A program made the translations under genes and the position numbers. The notes under the pieces are model-generated. The model did not search any database. It was not told the origin of the DNA and saw nothing but the letters and a program-made list of their open reading frames with translations. DNA of 63,993 bases, counting the filler, from Circinaria calcarea (taxonomy: Eukaryota): NCBI GenBank assembly GCA_051942165.1. It is 7 parts of 7 records of this genome, joined end to end, with 100 filler letters (N's around TTAATTAATTAA, not from the genome) between each part and the next. Parts side by side here need not be neighbours in the genome. Positions count along the whole stretch, not along the records: positions 55,766 to 63,993 come from JAVECS010001153.1; 6 more parts are not named here. One strand, written 5' to 3'. Positions 63,584 through 63,993 of the stretch are shown piece by piece. Numbering within the stretch: the first letter of the stretch is position 1; each line of letters opens with the position of its first letter.

Positions 63584-63993
63584 GAACTTATGAAACCGGA
63601 CGGGTAGGGGGAATGGGGGGGAAGCGATAGGAGTAGAGGTCACGGTTTTCCATGCTGTTGATATGCTATTCTGGCGTTTGGAGGCATCATTGCGCGCCCC
63701 TATTTTTCTTCTCTGTCCATGGCACCCGGCGTTTTCTCCCACGTGAAATCCGACTCTCCTAGGCGGAGCCTACAGCGCGCAGCGGTGATGCGATTTCATC
63801 CGGCTCTCTTTGTTTCTTGAATGAATGCATCTCCTCCACCCCACCAGGCAAGCAGGCAAGATTCTGGATTTGCAACTCTGCTCTTCTCTCTACAGTATGC
63901 TAATGCCAATGCTGAATCTTCAGTATCCAGGTCAGCTTTGTTTTCTTTTTCTCACCATCAGACCCCCTCCGTTCTTCCCCTGCCTCCTTCTCC

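Overview
Fungal genomic DNA from a filamentous ascomycete (Pezizomycotina), intron-rich with GT..CTRAC..YAG introns. A lichen-forming lineage is a guess and is not provable here. The window is not one locus. It is seven unrelated contigs joined by identical 100-nt artificial linkers (N44-TTAATTAATTAA-N44) and sorted by decreasing length (at least 9207, then 9197, 9194, 9192, 9188, 9187 nt, and a last partial contig). Most content is conserved housekeeping genes: an isochorismatase/AlkB/GST fusion, a sterol glucosyltransferase, Mrc1, Apc4, delta-COP, a DUF2420-like protein, a NIPA transporter, Jhd1, an aldo-keto reductase, a USP34-like deubiquitinase, NECAP, eIF2B-alpha, SreA, Tvp15, AP-3 beta, a BCS1-like protein, Alg5 and Atg3. 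The accessory regions hold the most interesting material. (1) A tandem trio of unrecognised paralogous coiled-coil genes shares a novel N-terminal domain and a conserved aromatic C-terminal tail, on the same contig as a HeLo-like/NACHT NLR gene split by an in-frame stop. (2) A repeat-flanked cell-wall-type gene carries premature stops next to a 90-bp tandem duplication with a RIP-like mutation pattern. (3) A perfect double-stranded overlapping CCAAT-N12-GAT (CBC:HapX-type) site lies upstream of sreA. (4) A six-exon orphan secreted protein lies between alg5 and atg3.
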